From contig CM119383.1 in assembly GCA_051294905.1 (NCBI GenBank), positions 13,206,001 through 13,270,000 on the forward strand: a stretch of 64,000 nt of DNA, given 5' to 3'. The DNA comes from Botryllus schlosseri (taxonomy: Eukaryota). The position numbers and the translations under genes are program-made. Positions 25,588 to 39,051 of the stretch are shown one piece after another; within the stretch, counting starts at the first letter, position 1, and each line of letters begins with the position of its first letter. Under the pieces are notes generated by a model. The model was not told the origin of the DNA. It ran no database searches and saw only the letters and a program-made list of their open reading frames with translations.

Positions 25588-26834
25588 CAGGGCTTTGGAG
25601 CCGGAGCCGTGGATTTTTACCGGAGCCGGAGCTCTACATAAAATTCAGCCGGAGCCGGAGCTGGAGCTAGTTATTTGAGGGGTGGCTCCGGCTCCGACGT
25701 ATTTCATAAGATGCTATTCTATATGCAACAACCATATCTGCTGAGTTCACATAATTCAACAGCAGGCCTTCGCGAAATTAAGAATTTCTTCCTCTTTGGC
25801 GCTACCTTTCGCGACTAACCATGTTCGTGGGGATTTACCAGCATAGCAGTCATATGTTCAATGTTCAATTTTCATACATGAGTGCCGAACCTCGGTATGC
25901 TAGATATCCCTGTGAATATTTTGGGTATTCGGCATACCCGCAATTTCATCATCGCAGCACAACCTTGTTGGCCAATTCTACGGTTCGAAAATAATGAACA
26001 CTATGATAAAAACGTGATTTCGTTGCACAAGTCGATATGACGAGCACGAGCCGAGAAATTCCATCTCATCGTTGATATGGATCGGATGAGCAAATACTCG
26101 TTCTTTCGTGATAGTTGTTTAATCGGGCCGCGAAATTGGACAGTGTCATTGAGTATGCAATTATGCATGCGAATTGGAATTCATTACTGAGCATGATCGT
26201 CATTCACCCCAGTAAGGATTTTCGAGCGTGAATGGGGGATGGCAAAAGAGTAGCCCAAAACGCCGTTACACTCAGTGAACAATTGTCGCGGTGCGAGCTA
26301 CTCAATGCGATGTCAGGACCCCATGGTATTTTATGATGGAGAAAAATTAACTGATTTGATACGCGATTTCCAATTTGTAATCATCTGTTTCGTAAATTCA
26401 TTCTGGTTGTCTGCTTGATATACTCTAGTATTCCCGGATTATCGCGGACTGTGACTTGTAAATGTGCAAGGTGCAATGTGCATACTGCATAGTTTAATTC
26501 GTTATGGGCATGGCGCAATATGCATGACACAGTGTTCAATTCGATTATTCGATTCGTTTCAACGGGAAAATTATCTCTTCCGATAAAATTGATCGACACC
26601 GGCTGGTCAGGTAACGAGTGCACCAATATCGAACGTCGAACCATTGGCCATTTGGTAAAAATCGAATTTCTATTGATCAGGCAGTGATGTCCGCCCATAT
26701 TGCTCAGTTACAGTTGAATAATAATCGCTCATTTAAAGATTGAATTGAGCTTAATGCTAACGAGTACAGTGCCAGTGTTAAAACGCCGCATCAGAATTTT
26801 CATACTGTACACCACTGGCATGGACTAAAGTACG
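25588..26834 (+). mobile_element. Truncated copy of the GGAGCC-repeat hAT element
   Basis: Starts CAGGGCTTTGGAGCCGGAGCC and is colinear with 45619-46810. Right TIR not found. Confidence 0.75.
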
Positions 26835-26842
26835 TTCTAGTG

Positions 26843-27950
26843 CAGGGGTCACCAACACGCGGCCCGCCAAGTCATATTGTACGGCCGCGAACTGATTTGA
26901 AATTTCGTAAGAAAGCTAAGAAAACCAATTTGAAATGCTGAAATTGACTACAGTTTCAACATGTTGCTGTTGTTGTTTTAAAATAAGCTATTCTCTTGTG
27001 CCCAATATCACTATTCGTCACTAGCAAAAACGGCCGTGGTGATGGGAACAACATTCCATCGAGGGAGAATCAGCTGATATGAATGGGCATACTGTCTTGA
27101 CTTGCAATGGCCCAAACACTGCCAAGACCGAGACGCTTAGAAAACGGCTTAGGGCAGTGGTTCCTAAAACTGGGGAGCGCGCACCCCTCGTGGGGGCGCG
27201 AAAGCATCAGAATGGGAGGCGGAGATGCGCTCAACTGAAAAAAATTTCGCGCCTCCACGAGGGGCGCGAGCTACCCAGTTTTAGGAACCACTGCCCCAAG
27301 CAGTTTTCTAAGCGTCTCGGTCTTGGCTGTGTTCGGGCCATTGCAAGTCAAGACAGTATGCCCATTCATATTAGCTGATTCTCGCTCGATGGAATGTTAT
27401 TACTCTGTGTATAGTCCGGAATTCATCTTAGAGAATTCTCTTATCAACAGTCATAACCTTCCATGCCATCAAACTAGACGTTGGGATTGCTAGCATTCTG
27501 GTTGCATTTTGTGATATGACGATATTTGAGTATTATAAATGGGGGCGTGTCTAAAAAAGTTTGAGAACCACTGGCTTCGGGTTTCCCCACAAGATCAAGC
27601 TTTAGGCCTACGTGAAGATGGTCTTTCGGCTAGCCACGTATCTGGCTAGTCCCAATATCGATTCCTTTGTCGCTGAAAATCGTTTCCAGGTATCGTGCAC
27701 AGCTCACAGTTCAAAATAAAATAAAATTGATGATAATGATCTTTTGTTGTATTTGCAATCCTTTATAATAAAATATGATTTCTTTCGTGGTCAATATGCC
27801 CGTCGCCTATGTTAGGTAGCTCACCGTCGTACCAAATTAGAGTTTTAGAATGTTGTTGCCTATTTTTCATCGATATCGAATTCATGCGGCCCGCGGCCTC
27901 TACGAAATTTGAAAAGTGGCCCGCGACCCGTTTTGAGTTGGCGACCCCTG
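26843..27950. mobile_element. hAT (Buster-type) MITE carrying nested repeats
   Basis: TIR CAGGGGTCACCAAC/GTTGGCGACCCCTG; exact TSD TTCTAGTG. Confidence 0.9.
27050..27398. repeat. 349-bp foldback palindrome with a CAGTGGTTC mini-MITE at its centre
   Basis: Outer ~105 bp arms are reverse complements. The ORF track gives near-identical translations on both strands. Confidence 0.9.
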
Positions 27951-28149
27951 TTCTAGTGCAACCATGATGTTATCGACAATTGACAAATATTCATTATGAA
28001 GTCACAAGCCGGCACGGCGGCACCTATGTCTTCGTTGCTGCATCCAATGTTACTGACGGCTATATATACATCGACTTTTCCATTAGATAAAATAAAATGA
28101 AAAGGGCAAAAGAAAACAGGAAACAAAAAAAACATCGAGATAATCAGTT

Positions 28150-30410
28150 TTAGGCTCGTATTAAGCGTCTCCAACGTAGGCGGTCGTGGGCGTCTTCAAG
28201 CGACAGCCCGCGTTGCGCTAGGTCAGTCTCCATGGTCGAGCGCCATGTTTTCCGATTCAAGCCACCTCTGCGCCATGGCTCCGTGGGAATGTGATTGATG
28301 ATGGCGGCGGCTGGTTGCTCGTCTTGATGCCGCACTAGATGGCCGATTAGGCGGAAGCGTCGTTCAGCTGCCAGTAGACGGCATGGGACCGTTCCTGTGA
28401 GTTCTCGCAATGCATTCGTGTATATTAGGGTTACCATATTTTTGTGGAACAAATTCCGGACACTCTTTGGCGCCCACTAGCGGATTATAAAATGAGGTAT
28501 AACAAATTGTCCGACAACATGACGTCACACTAGCAAAGCATTGCCTATCGACTGTATACAGGAATGGAAAGGGATATAGGACATAGGTCATGGATTGGGT
28601 CATCTGTAATGTGAGCTCTGGTGATTGCTACTTGCTAGGGTCTGCCAATGATATATATATATCATTGGGGTCTGCAATAGATTCCTCCACGGGCCGGATG
28701 AAATAGTCTGGCGGGCCGTGTGTGGCCTGTCAGGATTGTGTTTGACAGCCCTGCTATACTGTTAGGTCGGTGCGGCTATCTGTTTATGTGTTTTAATCAG
28801 GTTCGAAACATATATTTTTTCTGTCCCCTTCCGTCCAAACAAGCACTGATCTTTGACCTACCACATAGTCGATGTAACTTGTGGCGCACTTACCATATGC
28901 ATTTGGCTGTTAAATTTTATGTATGAATTATGTCAATAATATTGAATTTTCCATAGATTTGGCTACTATAAAATGCACCAGCAGGTTGCACATCCGGTGA
29001 TTTCCTACCTTTTATGGTCGTGACCTCATTTCTCGCTTAAAAATGTTCAGTGGCAAAGCTAAACACTTCATAAGCTGATTACCAAAAAAATTCAGCTTGC
29101 CCACACTTACTCACGGCCTAGAAAGCTGAGTACGTCCAACATCATCGCGATCCCCAGATAAAGGCGAACGACGCCAAGATTTGGAAACACTGTCTGTGAC
29201 TGAAGCATCCAATCGGCCTTGACCAACTCTACGAATATACCGTTAGCTTATAATTGAGATTACAATCAGACTTATTCAGTAAATGATGGTTATTTATATT
29301 TATTTTGATTGCATTTTTGGCGAGGGTGGTGCCTGGTGCCCGTACTAATATCATTATACGTTGCATTGACTCGCGCGCGGCGCGATGAACAATTTTGAAT
29401 AGCATAAATCTGCTTGAAAATAATATTGTTTGTGTTGATTTACGAAAAACTTTTAGAGCCTGCTTCAAGCCTTCAAAATTCCGGACATTTGGGCATATTT
29501 TAGAAATTCCTCCCGGACGCAGATTTTTCAGTGAAATTCCGGACATGTCCGGGAAATTCCGGACGTATGGCAACCCTAGTGTATATATATGCTCCGGATG
29601 GTGAATGCCGAGTGCATAGCGGAGGAGTGCGTCGTGGTTAGCGTTGAGCGTCTTAGCCAGCTTCTCTGTCAGCGTGAGTGCCTCTATTCCGTAGAGAAGA
29701 ACCTGTTCGACAGTGGCACGAAGATACGGGTCTGGAGCTGGGTTGAGGCACTTGAATGGACGAGGCTATGTAGCCGTCTTGCCGCGCCCCAGGCCTTTGC
29801 TCGCCTCGCCTTGAGCGCTTTTCCAGAGTCAGCGACGTCAATACCGAGGTACACAAAACTCGTTACATACTTGAGATCGATTTCTCCCAGTTGAATCGGT
29901 GTCGCGTTCTTCGGTAGAGCTGGTATGGCCAGAACCTCAGTCTTCTTGGCGTTGATCTGGAGGCCAACAAGAGCGGCGGCGGCCTCTAGCTGGTTAATGA
30001 GGCGCTGTACCGATGCGGTGTTCGGGGCAAGCAAGGCTAGGTCGTCTGCGTAGGCAAGAATACCTACGTGTATTGCCTCGCGAGTCGTTCGTGTGTCAGT
30101 GTAGAGGGCCATGATGGCGTACGTCATCACCTCAGGAATTCCATAGAATCTGAGGATCTCCGCCATGGCTGGGCGCGAGACCGAGTCGAAGGCATTCGCG
30201 AAATCTACGGAGACGGCCACAACATTCTTTTTGTGTGAGCGACAGGTGTCAATGATTGTGCGCAGTACCAGGATGTGCTCTGTAGTACCGTGAGATGGTC
30301 GAAATCCATTCTGAGCATTCAGGAGCTTGGTAGAGAGTTGCTCACGTATGCGAAGGAGCAATACTCGGTCGAACAATTTGGCAGCGGTCTGCATCAGGGG
30401 AACTGCCGGC
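28150..30410 (-). pseudogene. Decayed RTE-like LINE reverse transcriptase, interrupted by a hAT insertion
   Basis: QNGFRP, VDFANAFDSV, YADD and FVYLG motifs, and C-terminal GHLVRH...WRRGG...TW...DRLRWR. The GVxQG region is deleted and there is a frameshift. Confidence 0.9.
28426..29578. mobile_element. hAT MITE inserted in the LINE
   Basis: TIR TAGGGTTACCATA/TATGGCAACCCTA, exact TSD GTGTATAT. Removing it restores HPEHIYTNALRELTG. Confidence 0.9.
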
Positions 30411-31041
30411 TGACAGACTCTAGATTACTATAGATAACTAACCTACGGGTAAATTAGTAATCTATATAGACCAGGGGTGGCCAACCTTTTCGGCTAACGG
30501 GTCAACAAACGAGAAAACTGAAATTGTTGATTATTTTTACCTAATTGTGCACATTAATGGAGGTTTGGGACAATCCAAAAAGCAAAACGTGATGCAGAAT
30601 TGCAGATCAGTCCAGTCGAGGTAGATTGTAATGCAGCAAACATAGTTTCGCTGCATGCTCACCCAGTTAAACTCATCCCACAAGGGGGAATCTGTCACGT
30701 ATCGCCTTTTGCGTCGTCGATTTCTTCTCGATAGTCGGTCGACCTCTACTTTCGATGCGAGGTAGCCTACACGACACAAGTCAAGCAGACGATGTGCGAC
30801 GAATCGTCGCCGACAATACAATGAGGGAACGGTAGCGAGGGCGAAAATGAGAGACTCCGCAGAATTGTTTCAACTCGGCCCTCCGTTGCCTTGGAACGCC
30901 CATCCGCTAGGTGTATTTTTTTTGCAACGAAGCGGTTTATGTATGTGAATATGGTCCCGGGTGATATCATCTGGAGAAAGAGAATAACTCTCCCTGCAGT
31001 TGCGCTGCCACCTTTGCAATTATCTCGAATGTGGCAGACAT

Positions 31042-32524
31042 TAGGGATGGCGTGGACCTCTGAAAGGTTCAGGTTCGTGTGAACGCGAACCTTTTCGAAA
31101 GGTTCTGCGTGAACGCGAACGCGAACGTGAACCTCATGACGTTACGTGACGTCATATTGCTGATTTCGACCCTATATTTCAATTAAGTAATTGCCTACAT
31201 TAATGTATTGTACAATATATGTAGGCCTACTGTACACGATACCTAGCGACGACTCGGGCCACATAATGTAGGCTTACCATACGTCCTCTTTTAAGAGGAT
31301 TTGTCCTCTTTTTTGACTTTTTTGAAAGTGTCCTCGGAGGACGCCCTTTTATCCTCTTTTTTGAGATTTTGTCCTCTTTTTTGAAAATTTAGGTCAGATT
31401 CAGAGCAAATTGCGAGTAATATACCGCAAATTAGCACAGAAGTGAAGCTACGGCGGGTATTTCTGAGTGAAAAACGGTGATTTTAGCTCTGAGCGAAAAG
31501 ATGACCTTTTTTTTTTAGTCATCCACCTGGCAACGTGGAGAGAAAAACGGTATTTTAAGATCTGAGCGGAAAAGATGACCTTTTTTTTAGTCAACCGATC
31601 ACAAAGTGGGAAAAATTCACCGGTATTTGAGTATTCTTCTCCGGTTTTGCAAGTCTGAAATTTCTGAAAAAGTGTCCTCTTTTTAGATTTCCAAAATATG
31701 GTAAGCCTACCATAATGGCACAGCGCTGAAGTACATATTGACGTTTTAAAAGTCACCAAATGTCTCAAATGAGGCAATCAAATGATATAATAATCCCATA
31801 AAATCAAGATCTTCCGTCGCTTTGCCAACAATTTCGACGAGGACTCGCCAGGGAATATAAGCTTATGCCTTAACGATCTCGGCCAGACCGAACAATGTAT
31901 TCGGCGTCTGAGTATTGCTACATGGATATTGAGCAGAGTGTTAAACGGGTTTCTATACTTGCTACCGATAGTACCACACTATCGAGTTATACAACAGTAG
32001 GCAACACCCCAATCGCCCGTATTTGGGATTTGGTTTTTATGATACAGTTTACATTTGAAATCAAGATTGACCCCGTACGCCTGCTAGATTTTTACATCAG
32101 AAAACGATATCATAATCTCATTGATTGGTTTAATAAGCATCACTCGCTGACTACAGCAGTGTATTTCGCTCTTGATGTTGTGTGATTGCGGATCAAACTC
32201 ACAGCAAAGAGTCACTTAATATTCACAGACGGAAAGCTGGATATTTCGAGCAAAACAATGCAAGTAAAATTTTTGAGATTGTCAAGGTGCATATGCTCGT
32301 TTAGTGTTGATTGTTTATGCTGCCAGCGCCATGCATAGAGTAGTCCGCAGTTGAAATGCAATAAATTTGAACCAAAGATGTTATAGTGAAGTGAAGATTG
32401 CATTATATGAAAAAGGTTCACAGTGCAGAACCTACCAAGGTTCTGTTGTGAACGCGAACCTCAAAATTCCCGAGGTTCACACACACAGAACGCGAACGTG
32501 AACCTCACGTTCACACCATCCCTA
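31042..32524 (+). mobile_element. hAT MITE (TAGGGATGG TIR, GTGAAC/GTTCAC subterminal motifs), copy A
   Basis: TSD GCAGACAT/TCAGACAT; inverted homolog of 33120-34082. Confidence 0.85.
31269..31709. mobile_element. hAT MITE nested in copy A
   Basis: TIR TAGGCTTACCATA; TSD ACATAATG/CCATAATG; GTCCTCTTTT motifs; absent from copy B. Confidence 0.85.
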
Positions 32525-33119
32525 TCAGACATGCAGTGGATGCGACTTTCAGACAAACGTGGAATGCTGTATACAAGACATCATCGCAACCGTCTGTTTC
32601 GTCCAAAAGAAAACGCCCTTTTCGAAGGAAGTCTTCCATCGGCGAATTGATTGCACAATGCCAATTAATTGTATAATGTTTCTGCGCGGCAGTCATGAAT
32701 CGTGCGCTGCCGATTATAGGCGCAGAAGCCAGCTAACGGGTTATCAACGGATGGTAATCGTAATTCATACACGCATTCCATGAATTTAATAACTCAATAG
32801 CACGCTCAAGTCGGATTCGAATGAAGATATAGCTGACAAATAGCGTATCAACAGCAACATGCAACTTGATGAAGATAGCTGACACTTGGTACGGCAACAG
32901 CAACATACTACCGAGTGACGTAGGTAAGTAAGGAACGACCATAAATAACCAGCAACTGACGGTTCGCAGACGCTTTATATAGCGATAAGGACAGCGTATC
33001 TGAAAATGCTTGATTACAATTGATTACTGAAATCAGGATTAACAAAGGAAATGCGTAATCGCAAACAACTGAAGCTGGATGTCGTATCCCAGTGCAACAG
33101 AAATTAGTACGTTGAATAT

Positions 33120-34082
33120 TAGGGATGGTATGGACGTGGGGTTAACGGTCACGTTCTGTGTGTGAACCTCAGAAATTTAGAGGTTCACGTTCACGAACGA
33201 ACCTTGGTAGGTTCTGTCCTGTAAACCTTTTTCATATATTACAATTTTCACTTCATTATAACATCTTTCGTTGAAATTTATTGCATTTCAACTCCGGGCC
33301 ACTCTATGCATGGCGCTGGAAGCATAGAAAAATCAACACTAAACGAGCACGCACTTTGAAAATGTCAAAACATTTACTTGCTTTGTTACAAAAGTTTGCT
33401 CGAAATATCCAGCTTTCAGTTTGTGAATATTTGGTGGCTCTCTGCTCTGAACTTGACCCGCAATCACACATCATCAAGAGCGAAATACAGTACATGTATA
33501 GGTAGGTAGTCAGCGAATGATGCTTATTCAACCAATCAATGAAATTGATATCGTCGTCTGATGTAAAAAATCTAGCTGGTGTACGGGGTTAATCTTGATT
33601 TCATATGTTTATTGTATCATGAAAACCAAATCCATGCGATTGGGGTGCTGGCTACTGCTCTTAGTGCGGTATCGGTAGCAAGAATAGAAACCCATGTTAC
33701 ACAGCAATACTGAGACGCCAAATACATTGTCCGGTCTGGCCTAGACCGTTAAGCCGTACGCTTATATTCCCTTGCAAGTCTTCGTCGAGCTTGGTGGCAA
33801 AGCGACGGAAGATCTTGATTTTATGGGATCATTATATCATTTGATTGCCCCGGTTGATACATTTGGCGACGTTTACAACGTCAATATGTACTGCAGCATT
33901 GTGGCATTATGTGGCCCGAGTCGTCATTAGGTATCGTGTACTGAGTGTACAGTACATTAATATAGGCTATCACTTCGCTGAAATGTAGGGTTGGAATTGG
34001 CAATATGACGTCACGTGACGTCATGAGGTTCACGTTCGCGTTCACACGAATCTGAACCTGTCAGAGGTTCACACCATCAGTA
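33120..34082 (-). mobile_element. hAT MITE copy B (inverted relative to A)
   Basis: Exact TSD TTGAATAT; reverse-complement homology to A along its length. Confidence 0.85.
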
Positions 34083-35216
34083 TTGAATATTCATCGGCTT
34101 GGCCTACTCTTCTCAAAATTCTTTGAATTATCCACGTTTCCAAGTTTGTTCAAGTATATAGATGTATCTGTATCGCAATCACCGTAAACATCTGCTTTAC
34201 ATCATATGTTTCTATTTGATTGCCTCCTTATTCCAACCCATATTGCAGATATATAGTTGTTTTGCCTTGGCAGTGAAAATAAGTCGTGGTGTGAGTTCAA
34301 ATTCCAGCTGATGCTCTGCGTCTTAGGTCACTGTGTACCTGGTATAATGATTCTGTTCTAATCATTCTAGTGCCGTCAAAGCATGGCGTGTAGAGGGAGT
34401 CATACAATGAGTGGAAATAGGAGAATGTGAACTGTGAATTTCCTGACGGGACTGCTGCCTGAAATGCAGTCTAATATTAGGTATCGAATATAGTCCGTTG
34501 CTGCTATGCTATGGCATAGGTGCTCCGGTGTAGAATAAGGCGATTATCTCATACTTAGTTCGTCACATCCCCGACGTCAGTAGGAATGAGCAATAGCTTG
34601 GAGAGCCAACTCGCCCTGCTGTCTTGCGAGTGTATGACGAAGCAGAAGCGGTAATATTAGCGGGTCGTGTTACCAAATATACCGGATGTCAGCGTGCGTC
34701 TCAGCTCATTTGTGATTGGTAGTGCAGCATGGTACTTTCAGAGGTGACTTTACCAGTGTTCCTGAGAAAATCAGTGTATGTTACAGGTTCACAGATTCCT
34801 GCTAGCTTTGTTAGTACACTGATAGATATCCACAGTACTTGAATGAATCGCCTTAATCATACTTAGCAGCAAGCACCGGTAGCGCATACCCGTCTCTGTC
34901 AAGTCACATGCATGCCGACCAGATTGCTCAGCCTGTGTGTATTATATAATACGACAATACGCATGAATGACATGCATGGCATGAGCATCTGGCGTGTGTT
35001 CTCAGATAGACGCTTCACTGGGCATTGCGCTGGTGTCAGATATCAGCAAAGACAATTATATAAACTAACGATATGGAGCAACGTTATTCAGAATATCGCT
35101 TTGGACGTTTGTGTGGCACGCGTTATACCGAGTACAATTCGAACGCGCGCACGTCGAACGTCCGCTAAATTTTGGTTGGACTGTGGAGTGTAGCGACTTT
35201 CATGTAATGATGACAA

Positions 35217-36140
35217 GGGCAAGTATTTGTTGCACTAGAATCGTGGAAAAGTGGCACTTAAATTTAACAAAAGTTGCGGTAAAAAGTTGCATTTATAATG
35301 TTTTAGAATTGTTACGGTATGAGATACTCGAAAAGGTTCCGTTGTATAATCCAACAGTTTGATATTTCCAGGGTGTCTGCAAGCTCCGTTTCTTTCTTCG
35401 CTATTCAATCGAACATCGATACGTTTTTTTCCGTTCTTTAGGTTTGAAACCTACATGACAGCATTTCGCTGTCAGCTCCTGTTGAGCTGTCAAATTTGGT
35501 ACTTTCCCTTTTCACGAACGGCCGGGCGAGACCGTCAAAAATTACATTTTGCCGGTACGCAGCAAGAAAATAACGCAACATGGAAATAATTTTCCAGACA
35601 AAGCCAATCAGCAAAGCGATAACCCATGAAGCAAGTCAGGTACCACACCCCAAACCCCCTACGTCTGCAGACTTGTCCCAAGGCATTACAGCTAAACATA
35701 GTGTTGGCGACTTTAGCATAATCAGTAGGAAGGGCCTCACACTTAAATGACAGTGAATCAATCAAGCGATCTATTTACATATAGTTCAGGCACCGCCGTG
35801 ATTGGATGGGGATGTTGAAATTCTAACTTACACGTCATTGCGTCATAGATAACATTGAGATGCAGCTGATCAAATTCAAATACTTCTTTGTTAAGTAAAT
35901 CAAAGATATAACTATACTAGAAATAGTATTATAGCATGTGTTTTAAATCACTACTTTACATTTTGTGCAATACTCGATAAAAGTTGCAGTAAAAAGTAGC
36001 CTTAAAAATAGAAAAAGTTGCGAAAAGTTAAACTATAAAATTCCTTCAAACAGTATAAACCATCTTACTACATAAATTCTGAGTATTTTGGAAGCTCCCG
36101 GAAACTGTAAAAAAGTTGCACAAGTTGCAAAAACTTGTCC
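35217..36140. mobile_element. GGGCAAG-TIR MITE copy
   Basis: TIRs and AAAAGTTGCA motifs shared with 9724-10460. Confidence 0.6.
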
Positions 36141-36261
36141 TGTAGTGACGAGTCATGATATGCAGATCCCATGATTTTCCTTACTGCAGCAATTCTATTT
36201 ATCGCAATCTACTATATGGCGCATGTATGTCGCTAACGCATGTGTGTTCTATACTGTAGTG

Positions 36262-39051
36262 ATTGATATCGGATATCGTTGCTGCAAGCGGACCGATTCG
36301 ATTAGCTCTGTTATTTGATATGTTTTAACATAAACATCAGAACCCTCACTTGTCATATAGCGCTCGGACGCTTGTCCCGGCTTTGCGTAGCCTATATCCG
36401 CAGAATCGGAAGACCGTCGTCCAGGCGTAAAAACAACAATTGAGGATGTAGGAAATGTGTTTGCCTCCGAGCATTCTGTGGCACACTGTCAGGGCCGTAA
36501 CAGTACTTCGTCAGGCCACCCAAAAACTTTGGTCTTGGGCCCCCCATAGGGCTTCGCCCCCCAGACCCCCCTCCGGCGATACACTTTTACCGCTATTCAT
36601 CATATTCATTGGGAGTTTGTTTAGTGAATCAGCTACCGTCGCCTAAGCGCGCGAAGCGCGGGAAATTTCTAGAATTCATGATTTCATCGGTCAATATGAT
36701 CGGGAATTGCATATATTGTTATCAATTTTTATCTTCTCTATGCTCACGTAATCAGATTGCCGGTAGAGCTGAGTGAGGTGTGTTTGAAAAGGTAGGACCA
36801 CTCAATAATAATTAAACATCTTCGGGGGTGTACCCGTTGGCAGGAACAAAACAGCACCTCGTCAGGCCCCCAAAAACCTGGGTCTTGGGCTCCCATAGGG
36901 GTGATAAAACGACCCCCCATCACGTTGTTCGCGTTTGTCACGAAATTATCTGTACCGTATTGTCAGCCAGCGCTAAGCGCGAACATTTTCGATGATTTAT
37001 GATAAAATCGGCGATTGCATATATATTATGCTATCAATTTATTGTCCTCTCTACTCACGTAATTAGATTTACCGATGGAGCTGAGTGAAGTGTCTAGAAA
37101 ACGGGCGGGCCCGTAAATAATGATTAAACATCTTCGGGCGGACGGACCCGTTGATATGACTTCGTTACATGATGTTATTTCGCGACTTGCAGTCTGGTAT
37201 ATCAAAAAATATAGAATCGTTCAAACGTAGGCTTCTAAACGAAGAGCCGCACAGGATTTCAAATTGGTATTTCTTCACTGGCATAAAATTTTTCCCAGCG
37301 GGATGGTATTTGTCTTGAGAGGTTCAGATTGCAAAGACAGAAACATTCGGCGCCAGTCATTTAGGAGCCTATGGACAATTAAACCTATATGTATTTTGTA
37401 TATATAACGAAGTCTTCGGTCTGCATAAGGGCATAGAGCTTTTCGGCCAAGCTTTTCTCGCTGCCGATCGTTCTGGCACACTTCTTGGAGTCTCATGTTA
37501 TATGGCCTAAAACTTGATTGTATGTCTTGGTGGGTGGTGGCGCGGTAAAGACCCAATACCCAATAATATAGATAAAAGGCTACTTGAATTCGCGCGCAGC
37601 GCGAAAAAATTTTGAAAAAATTGCATAAATTTTGAAAAAATACTCTATGATTTATGCTAATTCACGAAATAATTTTGGGCCCCCTTCGAGCTCGGCCCCC
37701 CCCCCAATTGGGGGGTTTGGGTGCGGCAGTTACGGTGCTGCACACCGTAATAGTTCAGGAAGTCGTCCATCTTATTTAAACATACCATTAGTGAAACAAT
37801 TAGCCAGGATATCTTCGTATTATACTAGAGCAGGCACTGTTAGCCGGGGTCGCTGGGACCCTTGGGAATACGAACAACAAAATCATGGGGTACGAGATGC
37901 ATTGTGGAATTAGACCAATACGCCTAAAATTATTTTGCAAACCAACAAAATGTGGGATATTGTCTGGGTCAAAATATTCAACTCAATACTCGTCATTTTG
38001 AAGGTCGCTTTGAATTTAATATAAGTGCCATCAGAAGTTGCATTGAAAGCCCAAGGGTTACGAGCGCCAAAAGGTTAAGAAATATAGGCTAAAACTATAA
38101 AACTATTAAACTGTAATGATGACATGTTCATGTTCACTATCATTGCGGGGTGGTAGATCCTTTTTCAGATCGCGTTCCTGGTCGAAAATGTTTGCTCGCA
38201 ATTGCATGTAGATTAGAACAAGTAGGTTCATCTTTCTCAGGTTTGAAAACTTGTATCCATTTCGCGACAAATAACAATTGTCGATACTTTCAGATTAGGA
38301 TTTCACTTTAAGGTAGAAACTCTCTGCGGGCCGCTCAAATCCTGTCGCGTGCCCTACGTTGCCCGCCCCAGGTATATGATACCTTCGTTAAAAAGCATTC
38401 GGCCGACAAAAACACAACCGCTTGGAGATTTGAAATGCGACAGCAGGTTTGAAAAAGAACACAAAAATGACGCTAATAACGAAAGAGCAATTCATGTTAT
38501 GCGGCATCGATGGAAATTTTTACCATTGCAATATTTCCATGATTGGGAGATGGTGCGCTTGTGTCGTGACATCGAGTCGCGCGATGAAAGATTTTTGTGT
38601 GGCCGATATGAGTTGAATAAATAGGCCCAGAAAATATCCCACATTTTGTTGGTTCGCAAAACAATTTTAAGCTCTGGATAGCGTATATTGGCCTAATTCC
38701 ACAATGCATCTTGTAACCCATGATTTTGTTGTTCGTACCCCCAAGGGGTCCAGGGACCCCGGTCAAGAACCCCTGCTCTAGTATAATACGAAGATATCGT
38801 GGATAATTGTTGAACTGGTATGTTTAAATAAGATGGACCAAACACATTTCCAACTTTCGCGATTGTTGTGTTTACGCCTGTACGTACGGTGTACGACGGT
38901 CTTCTGATTCTGCAGAAGTAGGCTACGCAAGGCCGGGGCAGGTGTCCGCGGGCTATATGACAAGTGAAGGTTCTGATGTTTACGTTAAAACACATCACAT
39001 AACAGAGCTAAGCGGATGGGTTCGCTTGCAGCAACGATATCCGATATCAAT
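36262..39051. repeat. Degenerate foldback: ~430 bp inverted arms around a ~620 bp spacer, left arm split by a MITE
   Basis: 36262-36470 matches 38840-39051 inverted, and 37762-37985 matches 38612-38838 inverted. Confidence 0.8.
36490..37740 (+). mobile_element. hAT MITE (CAGGGCCGTAAC TIR)
   Basis: TSD CACACTGT/CACACCGT. Partial copies at 60211-60860 and about 48235-48390. Confidence 0.8.

Noticed and set aside
31042-34082. Single giant long-TIR transposon
   Set aside because: Each arm has its own TIR pair and its own 8-bp TSD.
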